Shown here: piece by piece, positions 31,235 to 40,410 of the stretch | Layout: each line of letters starts with the position of its first letter | Position numbering within the stretch: position 1 is the stretch's first letter | NCBI GenBank assembly: GCA_027623675.1 | Contig: JAQBVF010000003.1 | Coordinates: 1 to 64,000, forward strand | Source of the DNA: Chloroflexota bacterium | Lineage (GTDB): Bacteria; Chloroflexota; Dehalococcoidia; Lucifugimonadales; UBA3495 | Direction of reading: 5' to 3' | Length of the DNA stretch: 64,000 nt | Position numbers and translations under genes: made by a program | The notes under the pieces: generated by a model | Database searches by the model: none | Told to the model about the DNA's origin: nothing | Seen by the model: the letters and a program-made list of their open reading frames with translations, nothing else

Positions 31235-32497
31235 TCAGGCGTTCGCGTCCGCGTAGGGCGAGCCGGCGGCATACGCCCTGGGAACCAGGATCAGCCGGCT
31301 GAACTGCTGCAGGCTGCGGTTATCGCTGTCCTTCCACCGGTCTTGCAGGGTGTAGAAGATCTTCCCGGCCGCCGTTTCCTTCCAGAACCAGTCGGTCAGC
31401 ACCGTGCCCGGCGCCGTCGCCTGGCCCGGTTGGGCCGCCACGGCCTCCAAGTAGTAGGCTTTCAGGTCCTCCACGGCCAGTTTCAGCAGGTCCAAAACCG
31501 GCATGTCGCCGCGGGGGCTAGCCGGGGAGTCATCCTCAAGGAATACCCCGATGAACCGGCCCAGCGCTTCTGGGTCCAGGCCGCTCGCGCCGACCGTTGT
31601 CCTTCCGCTGTTCTTCACCGCCAGGTCGTACCACGACCGCAATTCCCTGACCTCGTACTGCAATGTTTCGTTCAGCTGTTCCATATCGTTCAGCTCGATA
31701 TATTGAGCCGGAAAGTCGACCGGGCAGGCCAGGACCGCGGGTTGATCTGACGCCACGGGGGCATCGTCCGGGAAATCGGTCAATACCGGCCCGCTTGGGG
31801 CGTCCAGCAGTTCCAATACGGCGCGGAGCACCCGTGTCTGCCAGGCTGGGTCTCCGGGCACGCCCAGAGGTCGTCCCAGTTCGAAGGGCACCCACATCGC
31901 TCGCGGTGGCCTGATCTTCTCGGTATGTTCCCGGATCAGGCTGATATGGGTCGTCGCCAGGCCCTCTTCTTCCAGATAGTGTGACAGCCCGCCTACGGCG
32001 CGCGTGCAGGCCGGTCAAACGGGGACCAGCAATACCGTATCGACGTTGTCCTGTTTGAGCAGGGTGGCGATCCGGCGCGCCGACGGCTCCATGCGCCTTG
32101 GGTCTGCCGCGCCCATGAAGGAGTAATGGAAGTCTGCCATGCTGCCGACGACGCCCGCCTGAGCGAGTTCGCGGAGCCGGTCCAACGGGAACGCCACATT
32201 CCAGTCCTGCTGGAACCCGGTGCGGTCGAAGTTGGTTGAGATGTGGCTCATGACCAGATCTTCGGCGGCGATGTCGCCGGGTATCACTCGGTAGTCGGCG
32301 GGCCACTCCTGGGAGGTGGCGGACTGGATGGTGAAGGGGCTATCGTCCCGCCGGTGCAGGCCCGCCGTGGTGATGATGGCCACGCGGCGTTCACTGAGGG
32401 GCGGCCCCGAAACCCAAGGCTGGGTCTCGAATACTGGGCAGTCCATCCGGCGGAGAGAGGCCGCCTCGGCCTCGTCCAAAGCTTCAAGTCGGACCAT
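31235..32497 (-). CDS. glycine/sarcosine/betaine/D-proline reductase selenoprotein B-like (PrdB/GrdB family) protein with UxxC (Sec at 32015-32017) and C-terminal extension, ~420 aa
   Basis: ORFs 32015..32497 and 31235..31897 are in frame across one TGA: RRVAIITTAG..SHISTNFDRTG..NVAFPLDRLRELA..HYSFMG..VDTVLLVPV-U-PACTRAVGGLSHYLEEEGLATTHISL..RPPRAMWVPFELGRPLG. Confidence 0.88.
31985..32014 (-). promoter_or_regulatory. candidate bacterial SECIS after the PrdB-like UGA
   Basis: Minus strand UGA-C-CGGCC-tgcacgcg-CGCC-GTA-GGCG-GGCTG; the G-starting apical loop lies 18 nt after the UGA. Confidence 0.5.
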
Positions 32498-32796
32498 GTA
32501 AAACCCTCCCGAGACTCCGCCGAATGGTGATGGTTTGGGCGCTTGCTGCCAACCCATGTGGCCAGATATGACTGCACCCCAACCCGGTATGCTGTCTCGC
32601 AGTATATATGAACCGGGCGAGGCACTCCAAACCCCATCCGGGCATGTTCCAGTGTGGGCACTGCTACGGTCGCAACTCGGGTCTCGAAGCACTAGCCAAA
32701 ACGCCCGATGTATCACATGCGAGGTTGTTTATCAGTCCAAAAATAGCTACCATCTGCTCGCAAGAGGCGAGCAAGTAACCGAAAGGATGAATCCAC

Positions 32797-33558
32797 ATGC
32801 CTGAGATAGAAGTTCTTTTACCTGGTTTCAGCGTCAACACTGATCAGGGAACCCTGGGTCTTTGCACCGTGACACTGGTGCGCGGAGAAAAACTGACAGT
32901 GGTGGATGTAGGACACTTTGGGCGGCGGACCATGTTGGTTGAGACTCTGCGGAGCCATGGCATCTCGCCGGAAGACATCGGAAGGGTGATTCTGACCCAT
33001 GCCCATTGGGACCATTCCCAGAACACCGACCTATTCCCGAACGCCGAGATCGTGATCTCCAAACAGGAATTGGAGTACAGCCGGAACCCCAGGGCCAATG
33101 ATTACGCGACGGCTAAATACTTCGCCGATACATTGTCGCCCCACACCGTGATCGAAGTCTCCGGAGAAACCGAACTGGAGAAAGGGGTGGGGACGTTCGA
33201 TACACCCGGTCATACCGCCGGACACCAAAGTGTTCTCGTAGAGACTTCGAGCGGCCTGGTCTGCCTTGGCGGTGATGCGATATCAGACGCGGGCGCCCTG
33301 GGCCGCGGCCTGCCTGCCTTCGTTTTTTGGAGCGTCGAGCAAGCCCAAGCGAGCCTAAGAAAGATCTCCCAAGCCGCGGACGTGATTTACCCGGGTCACG
33401 ACCGGCCCTTCCGGATCGACGGCGACAAGGTCGAATACCTGACGGAAGCTCCAACCATCAAGATCAGCGGGTTCCTGGACAGCAGCCGAGACCTGGTTTC
33501 GGTGGAGCTAGGATTGCCGCCGAGGTTCCAGCCCAGGATCAACCCGGACGCCGTTTAG
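32797..33558 (+). CDS. MBL-fold metallo-hydrolase
   Basis: THAHWDH, TPGHTAGHQS, GGDA, YPGHD. Confidence 0.9.
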   Translation: MPEIEVLLPGFSVNTDQGTLGLCTVTLVRGEKLTVVDVGHFGRRTMLVETLRSHGISPEDIGRVILTHAHWDHSQNTDLFPNAEIVISKQELEYSRNPRANDYATAKYFADTLSPHTVIEVSGETELEKGVGTFDTPGHTAGHQSVLVETSSGLVCLGGDAISDAGALGRGLPAFVFWSVEQAQASLRKISQAADVIYPGHDRPFRIDGDKVEYLTEAPTIKISGFLDSSRDLVSVELGLPPRFQPRINPDAV

Positions 33559-33711
33559 GTCGTACCGAATGCGCCTGACGAGACCCCATGCAGGCCTCTA
33601 CTGTAACGATGCTGGGCCGCTGATTGCGGCTTGAACATCTGTTTGACCGGCGGGGCGGATCGCTCAGCCAGCCACATGCCGATGGGCTGCGAGGGTGCGA
33701 GCTTGGAACCG

Positions 33712-34311
33712 TTACCCGCCCAACTCGGCGATCAAACTGGCCACCGTTGGCCGGTCCACCGGCGTCTGGCCGCGGTGTTCGAAGATGACGATCCCATCCT
33801 CATCCAAGATGAAATCCCCGCCAAGTTGCCGCCAGTCGCTGGCCGCATGCTGGTACCTACGCCCTCTGGCGAAATGCTTCACGTAGGTCCAGATTGTCTT
33901 TAGCGAGAAGACCTTTGCCCAGGCGCCTTGTGACAGGCCGTAGGCTAGGTAAACGTCCCTTTCGGGGTCGGACAGAATGGGATAGGGCAACTGGAGCTGC
34001 CGGGTGAGCTGGAAAAGCCGGTCCCTCGGCTCAAAGGAGATGGCCACCACCTCGGCGCCTTTGGATTGAATCTCGCCGTGCCGTTGCCGCAACTGCGACA
34101 GATGCTCTCTTCAGGGCACTCAAGCGAAATGCCTCAGAAATACCAGCAGCGCCTTGCGGCCTCGCAATTCCTGGAGGGATAGATACTTGCCCTCAGGCAT
34201 GGCCAGGGTGAAATCAGGCGCGGCGAGGCCCAGCAACGCCGGTTTGAGGGCATCCGGGTTGCGGCTCATACGCCGCTCATAATTAAGAGCATCTTTTTCA
34301 TGTCGAGGCAC
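33712..34311 (-). CDS. peroxiredoxin-like (AhpC/TSA, SelL/PRXL2-like) selenoprotein with UxxU motif (Sec at 34120-34122 and 34111-34113), ~199 aa
   Basis: ORFs 34120..34311 and 33712..34092 are in frame: APDFTL..LSLQELRGRKALLVFLRHFA-U-VP-U-REHLSQLRQ..VVAIS..PYPILSDPERDVY.AYGL..QLGGDFILD..DRP. Confidence 0.85.
34085..34100 (-). promoter_or_regulatory. candidate bacterial SECIS serving the UxxU codons
   Basis: Minus strand TGTCGC-AGTT-GCGGCA; the loop is 16 nt after UGA2 and 25 nt after UGA1, with G at loop position 2. Confidence 0.55.
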
Positions 34312-34472
34312 CCCTGGTTAGCTTCTTCCGTATGGGCGACATCACGGGGGCGCCCGGTGGGCATGCCCACCAGGGAGACCCCTGGGCATCTAAGGAAATT
34401 GCGGTCTCCACCCACGATGCTATACTCGTCTTCGATGCCCAAACTGCAACTTCTGATTCTACACATTGCACC

Positions 34473-35312
34473 GTGTTAATAGACTCTCACTGCCATATCC
34501 TCCCACCGTCTTTCGTTGACCGGCGGGCCGAGATCGCCAGCCGCGACGCCACCTTTGCGGCGCTCCTGGCCACTCCCGGCGCCCGCATCGCCTCGGCGTC
34601 CGGCCTGCTTGCAGCCATGGACCGGGACGGCGTGGACCGCGCGGTGGTCATGGGGATGGGGTGGACCGACCCTGACATCGCCGCCGAGGCCAACGACTAC
34701 ATCATCCAGGCCGTGCAGGAGAATCCCGACCGTCTCTCCGGATTCTGCTCGGTGAACCCAGCTTGGGGCGGACCGTCCGTGGCTGAGGCCGGACGATGTC
34801 TCGCCGCTGGGCTTGTTGGCATCGGCGAACTCCACGCCGACACCCAGGGGTTTGACATCACCGACGCCGAGGTTATGGCCCCGCTGATGGACTTCGCCGG
34901 TTCCTACTCTCTGCCTGTATTGGTGCACGCCTCGGAGCCGGCCGGCCACCAATACCCGGGCAAGGGCGCGACCACGCCGGACAGGATATACCGGTTCATC
35001 CAGAATTTTCCGGACAACGTCATCATCTGCGCTCACTGGGGCGGCGGTCTGCCTTTCTACTCGCTGATGCCAGAGGTCCCGGAGGTCCTGAAGAACGTCT
35101 ACTTCGATTCCGCGGCATCGCCGTTCCTATACCGTCCCGAGGTTTTCGCCACGGTGGCCCGGTTGGCCGGGGCGGGAAAGGTGCTTTTCGCCAGCGATTT
35201 CCCATTGATGGAGATATCCAGGCCGCTGGAGCAGGCCCGAAACGCCGGGCTTACGCCTGAAACCGAAGCGGCCCTGCTTTCGGGCAACGCGGCCAGGCTC
35301 CTGGGCTTATGA
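34473..35312 (+). CDS. amidohydrolase family (amidohydro_2) protein
   Basis: IDSHCH, GIGELH, VLVHASEP, AHWGGG, YFDSAA, LFASDFP; GTG start at 34473. Confidence 0.9.
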   Translation: MLIDSHCHILPPSFVDRRAEIASRDATFAALLATPGARIASASGLLAAMDRDGVDRAVVMGMGWTDPDIAAEANDYIIQAVQENPDRLSGFCSVNPAWGGPSVAEAGRCLAAGLVGIGELHADTQGFDITDAEVMAPLMDFAGSYSLPVLVHASEPAGHQYPGKGATTPDRIYRFIQNFPDNVIICAHWGGGLPFYSLMPEVPEVLKNVYFDSAASPFLYRPEVFATVARLAGAGKVLFASDFPLMEISRPLEQARNAGLTPETEAALLSGNAARLLGL

Positions 35313-35860
35313 CGTCGAGCAACCGGCTTCCCGACGGGACCATCACCCTGCCGGACCACCTGCGGGAAGGCCTGGACCTGCTGTTCGTGGGCTTGAATCC
35401 CTCCCAATACTCGGCCGAGGTTGGCCATTACTTCGCCAACCCCCGAAACCGGTTCTGGGCGGCGTTCAACCTGTCGGGATTGGTGGACCGGAAATTGGAC
35501 GCGGCGAACGACGCGACTCTGCTGGCCGACGGCATCGGCTTCACCGACGTTGCCAAGCGCCCGACAGCCATGGGCTCGGGACTGCGGGCGGCCGATTTTC
35601 GCCGGTGGGCGCCCGTTCTTAGGGAAAAGATATTGAAGTTCGCCCCAAAGTTGGTCTGCTTCCACGGCATGATGGCCTACAAAGCCTATCTTCAGCATGG
35701 GGAGGGCGCTAAAGAGGACCCCCAACTTGGCCTGCAAGAGCGCTCCATCGGCGTATCCAAAGTCTTCGTAGTGCCCAATCCCTCCCCGGCCAACGCCAAG
35801 TACTCGTTGGACGACCTTGCGGCGTGGTACGGGCGGCTCAGGGAGGCCAGCAGACAGTGA
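35309..35860 (+). CDS. mug: mismatch-specific uracil-DNA glycosylase (Mug/TDG)
   Basis: LLFVGLNPS, GHYFANPRNRFW, GIGFTD, PNPSPAN; ATGA overlap. Confidence 0.92.
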   Translation: MTSSNRLPDGTITLPDHLREGLDLLFVGLNPSQYSAEVGHYFANPRNRFWAAFNLSGLVDRKLDAANDATLLADGIGFTDVAKRPTAMGSGLRAADFRRWAPVLREKILKFAPKLVCFHGMMAYKAYLQHGEGAKEDPQLGLQERSIGVSKVFVVPNPSPANAKYSLDDLAAWYGRLREASRQ

Positions 35861-36453
35861 CGACGCCATCTGGAAAAGTCCGCTCGTTCATCGCCATCCC
35901 GGCGCCCGGCGAATGGACTCTGGCCCTGGAAGAGACGGTTAAAAGACTGGATGCGAAGATCGGCAAAGACGTGCGCTGGGTGCGGCCCGAGGGCATCCAT
36001 CTGACCCTCAAGTTCATGGGCGATATCCAAGCCGAGACGGTGGAGCGGGTCCTGGCGGTCCTGCCGGAGGTCACCGCCCGGTTCTCGCCGTTCACGTTGT
36101 TCACCGCCGGGATGGGCGTGTTCCCCAACCCTCGGCGTCCCCGCGTGCTCTGGGCGGGGGTGGGCGGCGATCTGGAGACTCTTTCAGTCCTTCAAGCGGC
36201 AGTTGATGAAGCGGTGGGGCGGCTTGGGTTGCCGAAAGAGCAGCGGGCATTCTCCCCCCACCTAACCCTGGGCCGGGTCCGGCGGGACGTTCCCGACGGA
36301 CGGCTGGCCGATATCGGGCGGCTCGTGGCTGGCGGAGAACTCCCCGGTCTGCCGCCCTGGACCGCCGACACCGTCAACCTGATGCGCACCGAACTCGACC
36401 CGGCCGGCTCCCGCCATTACCTGGTGGGGTCGGCATTGATCGGCGGCGGGTGA
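35857..36453 (+). CDS. thpR: RNA 2',3'-cyclic phosphodiesterase (2H family)
   Basis: RSFIAI, HLTLKFMG and PHLTLGR (two HxT motifs), PRVLWAG; GTGA overlap. Confidence 0.92.
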   Translation: MTTPSGKVRSFIAIPAPGEWTLALEETVKRLDAKIGKDVRWVRPEGIHLTLKFMGDIQAETVERVLAVLPEVTARFSPFTLFTAGMGVFPNPRRPRVLWAGVGGDLETLSVLQAAVDEAVGRLGLPKEQRAFSPHLTLGRVRRDVPDGRLADIGRLVAGGELPGLPPWTADTVNLMRTELDPAGSRHYLVGSALIGGG

Positions 36454-37376
36454 TGGCGATGGACCGTTTGACCGCCACCATCAAGCCCGTTCCGCCCTTC
36501 AACTTCGAGCTGACGGCGGGCTACCACACCTACTTCCAGAGCCGCTACGGCACCGATACCATGGAAGACGGCGTCTACCGCAGGCTGCTGGACCTGGGCG
36601 ACAAACTGGTCCTGGCCTCCGTGCGCTCTACGGGAACCACCGATGCGCCGGAGCTTTCCCTGGAATTGCAGGGGCAGACATTGGGTCCCGCAGACGTGGA
36701 ATCGGCCAAGGGCCGGGTGTCATGGCTCCTGGGGGTTGACCAGGACCTGGCCCCGTTCTACCAGTTGGGCCGGGCGGACCGGGCGATGAGCGGTCTGGTT
36801 GACGAGTTCTACGGCCTGCATCTACCCCATACAGCCTCAGTGTTTGAGGCGTTGGTCCTGGCGGTGTTGGGGCAGCAGATATCCACCAGCGTGGCCCGGA
36901 TCATCCGCACGCTGCTCATCGAGACTTTCGGACCCAATGCCGAGTTCGATGGCGAGACCTACTACGCCTTCCCCCGGCCCGCGTCCATCTACGCATCGTC
37001 GCCGGCCGAGCTCCATACCATGAAGCTGACCCAGCGGAAGTCGGAGTATGTTCACGGTCTGGCCGGCGCTGCGCTGGATGCCGATGTGGGATTGGAGGAC
37101 CTGGGCGGGTTGTCGGATGCCCAGATTGTCGACAAGCTGGTTGCCCTTCGCGGCGTGGGTATCTGGACCGCCCAATGGGTGCTGATCCGCGCGGCCGGCC
37201 GTCCCGATGCCCTGCCTCTGGGCGACCTGGCCCTGCGGCGGGTGGTGTCCCGTCTGTTTACCGGCGGCGCTGACGTGAACGACGCTCAGGTGGAGGACAT
37301 CGCCCAGCGCTGGTCACCCTACCGCACCTATGCCACCGTCTACCTGTTCAGCGCTCTGAGAACCGGCGCCGGGTAA
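36453..37376 (+). CDS. alkA: DNA-3-methyladenine glycosylase II (AlkA-like, HhH-GPD)
   Basis: FEALVLAVLGQQIS, FP.P, LRGVGIWTA, DALPLGDLAL, WSPYRTYA. Confidence 0.9.
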   Translation: MAMDRLTATIKPVPPFNFELTAGYHTYFQSRYGTDTMEDGVYRRLLDLGDKLVLASVRSTGTTDAPELSLELQGQTLGPADVESAKGRVSWLLGVDQDLAPFYQLGRADRAMSGLVDEFYGLHLPHTASVFEALVLAVLGQQISTSVARIIRTLLIETFGPNAEFDGETYYAFPRPASIYASSPAELHTMKLTQRKSEYVHGLAGAALDADVGLEDLGGLSDAQIVDKLVALRGVGIWTAQWVLIRAAGRPDALPLGDLALRRVVSRLFTGGADVNDAQVEDIAQRWSPYRTYATVYLFSALRTGAG

Positions 37377-37395
37377 CCAGATTTAGGAGTGCCGC

Positions 37396-38388
37396 ATGCC
37401 ATTTCTAGGACTGAGGTTGGGGAACGAGCCGGAGTTGAGCGCGGCTGATAACCAGTCGCTGGCGGCGCTGGCCGAGGAGCTGGGTTACGGCGAAGTTTGG
37501 ATGACTGAAGGCTCCGGCCGAGATTCCCTGACCCAACTCACCGCCATGGCAACCGCCACCAAGCAGATCGGACTGGCCACAGGCATACTGCCCATGTTCT
37601 CCCGGACTCCGTTGATCACGGCCATGTCGGCGGCCGGACTGGCGGCGGTATCGGGAGACCGGTTCATCCTGGGACTGGGCGTGGGCAATCCGCCGGCGGT
37701 TGAGGAAGGACACGGGGTCCCCTACAAGCAGCCCCTGGAACACCTTCGAGACATGGTGCGGATAATCCGTGGCCTGCTGCAGGGCGAGGAAGTCACCCAT
37801 GATGGCAAAGCGATCAAAGTGATGGGAGCATCCCTGGGGGTGGCCGCGCCCAAGAGCAAACTTCCCATCTATGTCGCCGCCCTGCGGCCCCGTATGCTGC
37901 AACTGGCCGGCGAGGTGGCCGATGGCGTGCTGCTAAGTTGGACCGCTGCCAGCTATCTGGAGCAGGCTATCGGCATCGTCAGGGACGCCGCGGCCAAGGC
38001 TGGACGCGACCCCGATGACGTCGCAATCTCGGGGTACGTGCGCATCGCGGTGACCGACGACCTGGCGGCGGGACAGGCCAGCCTGCAGCGTCAGATCGCG
38101 GGGTACGCCAGCGGCGCCCATTACCGGGCTTTCTTCGAGAACTCGGGGTTCAGCCAAGAGATGGGCGGCGTGATACCGGCCAAGCGGCATGAGGCTGACC
38201 CAACCAGCGCGGCGGCGATCAGCCAACGGATGCAGCATGAATTGGGCGTGGTCGGGACTGCCGAGGCCTGCAATGCACGTTTGGACGAGCTGCGTCAGAT
38301 GGGGTTGACCAAACCCGTGATCGCTCCCGTGCCCGTGGGAGACCTCAAAACTTCCTACGAACGGACCGTTCGCGCTCTGGCTCCCTAG
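37396..38388 (+). CDS. LLM class flavin-dependent oxidoreductase (probably F420-dependent)
   Basis: AEELGYGEVW.TE, ATGILP..SRTP, SGDRFILGLG, PIYVAALRPRMLQLAGEVADG. Confidence 0.88.
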   Translation: MPFLGLRLGNEPELSAADNQSLAALAEELGYGEVWMTEGSGRDSLTQLTAMATATKQIGLATGILPMFSRTPLITAMSAAGLAAVSGDRFILGLGVGNPPAVEEGHGVPYKQPLEHLRDMVRIIRGLLQGEEVTHDGKAIKVMGASLGVAAPKSKLPIYVAALRPRMLQLAGEVADGVLLSWTAASYLEQAIGIVRDAAAKAGRDPDDVAISGYVRIAVTDDLAAGQASLQRQIAGYASGAHYRAFFENSGFSQEMGGVIPAKRHEADPTSAAAISQRMQHELGVVGTAEACNARLDELRQMGLTKPVIAPVPVGDLKTSYERTVRALAP

Positions 38389-38428
38389 CGCCAACACCGT
38401 ATCTCCAATCAAACAAGATTGAGGAATC

Positions 38429-39913
38429 ATGCCCTCTGTATTGGTCTTTGTTTTTGACGGACTCCAACCAGCCCAGGTCGTGCCGCGGCTCATGCCCAAT
38501 CTGGCGGCATTCAGTGCCGGCGGCGTGAAGTTTGCCAACCACCATTCGGTCTTTCCCACGGTGACCAGGGTGAACGTATCCAGCTTGGTCACCGGCCGGA
38601 ATCCGGGAGGACATGGGCTGGCGGGCAACCGGCTGGTGATCAGGGAATTCGACTCCAGCCGCGCCATACCGGCCATGGAGCCGGAGTTGGAGCAGGTTGC
38701 TAGATCAGGTATCCCGGTCCAACTGGCGCCCACCATCTCTGAGATCCTCGCACAGCACGGGCTGGAATATGTGGCCATCGGCGTCGGCACCAGCGGTAAC
38801 GCTTACCTGCAGAACCCCAAGGCGGACCAGCTGGGCGGCGATTTTGGCGGCGGCTCCGGGGGCGCCACGATTCACCCGACATTCGCGCTGCCGAGAGACC
38901 TGCACGAGTCGCTGATCGACCGGTTTGGCCGATGGCCGGAGCAGTCGCTGCCCAACACAACCAGGCTGGCCCACGCCATACGCATCTTGACCGAGTACGT
39001 TATCCCCGAGCGCGGTCCCGCAGTCACCATGATCTGGTCGTCGGAGCCGGACAAATCGCAGCACGATTCGGGGGTCGGCTCCAGCCTCTCCGATGCGGCG
39101 GTCAAAGAGGCTGACGGGCAGTTGGGCGGCCTGCTGCAATGGCTGCGGGAAACCGGACGCGCCGATGACACGGACATCATCGTGGCTTCAGACCACGGTT
39201 ATTCGACCATTGCAGGCACGGTGGATGTTGAGTCGCTGCTGCGCGAAGCCGGCTTTGCTGACGGCGGCGAGCCGGGAGGTGTGGTTGTCGCCCAGAACGG
39301 CGGCGCGGCTCTCTTTTATACCCAGCCCGGCGACAGGAACACAGCCGAGCGGCTGGCGGGTTGGCTCATGGCCCAACCCTGGTGCGGCACGGTCACGGCT
39401 TCAGATGCGGTCTTGGGGTCCGGTGGGATACCGGGCGCACTGCCCGCCTCTCTGGTGGGGAACGAAGGCCCGCGGGCGCCCGACCTGTCGATCTCTTTCC
39501 GCTGGGACTCAATGCCCAACGAGGCTGGCTACCAGGGTACGGTGTACTCGACCTCGGGTGAGGTGGGAACTGGCCAGCACGGGTCGATGAGCCGCCATGA
39601 GATTCATAACATTCTTTTTGCCAACGGTCCTAGTTTCAAGTCGGGGGCCGTCGTGGACACCCCAACCGGCAGCATCGATGTCGCGCCCACGATCTTGCGG
39701 ATATTGGGCGTCACCGACGGCCAGGATATGGACGGCCGGGTCTTGGAGGAGGCGCTGGCAGGCGGCCCAGACCCCAGCCAAGTGGGGTGGTACACGGAAC
39801 TGCATGCCGCCGAACGGGACCTGGGCGGCGAGACCTACCGCCAGCAGATCAAGGTGTCCCGAGTTGGCGGCGCCACTTACGTTGATGAGGGCAACCGCGT
39901 CGGCTCAGGCTAG
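38429..39913 (+). CDS. alkaline phosphatase superfamily protein (nucleotide pyrophosphatase/phosphodiesterase-like)
   Basis: FDGL, FPTVTRVN (Thr nucleophile), EPDKSQH, ASDHG, GQHGS, DVAPT. Confidence 0.85.
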   Translation: MPSVLVFVFDGLQPAQVVPRLMPNLAAFSAGGVKFANHHSVFPTVTRVNVSSLVTGRNPGGHGLAGNRLVIREFDSSRAIPAMEPELEQVARSGIPVQLAPTISEILAQHGLEYVAIGVGTSGNAYLQNPKADQLGGDFGGGSGGATIHPTFALPRDLHESLIDRFGRWPEQSLPNTTRLAHAIRILTEYVIPERGPAVTMIWSSEPDKSQHDSGVGSSLSDAAVKEADGQLGGLLQWLRETGRADDTDIIVASDHGYSTIAGTVDVESLLREAGFADGGEPGGVVVAQNGGAALFYTQPGDRNTAERLAGWLMAQPWCGTVTASDAVLGSGGIPGALPASLVGNEGPRAPDLSISFRWDSMPNEAGYQGTVYSTSGEVGTGQHGSMSRHEIHNILFANGPSFKSGAVVDTPTGSIDVAPTILRILGVTDGQDMDGRVLEEALAGGPDPSQVGWYTELHAAERDLGGETYRQQIKVSRVGGATYVDEGNRVGSG

Positions 39914-40410
39914 GCGTTTGTTCCGGGCCTGCCTGGGGTTGCCCGGTCTAGTGCGCGACCGCCGGCTCACCTCGCACCCGCGCCCCTCGGCAAGCGTAAG
40001 GAACGTTCAACGGGCCGGCTCGCCGTTATGCCGGCTGGGCAACCCCTATCGATGCTCCGTTGATTCTGAGGCGGACCAGCGATCTCAACCCGGACCGTGG
40101 ATCAACCTGCCGCCACGATATTGGGCGGCAGCGAGCCGGGATCTGGGTAGTGTTCGCTTGTTTTGAATAAATTCGACCCGGCCACCATCGGTTCTTTAGA
40201 TCGATAATTGGGCCGCGTTGAATACTGCCTTGCGGATTAACGGTTTCTATGTTGGCAGGAAGACCCGCCGGAATCGTGCCTGATGATGGCTCAGTCACCA
40301 CAAATGGCTAGCCATTTTATGCCCCCTCTAATCACTCGAAAAGGTGGTTCAATTGGTCGGGGTAAGGTGCATGATAGATAAGTTATAAGTCGGGAAATAA
40401 AAGGCATGCG

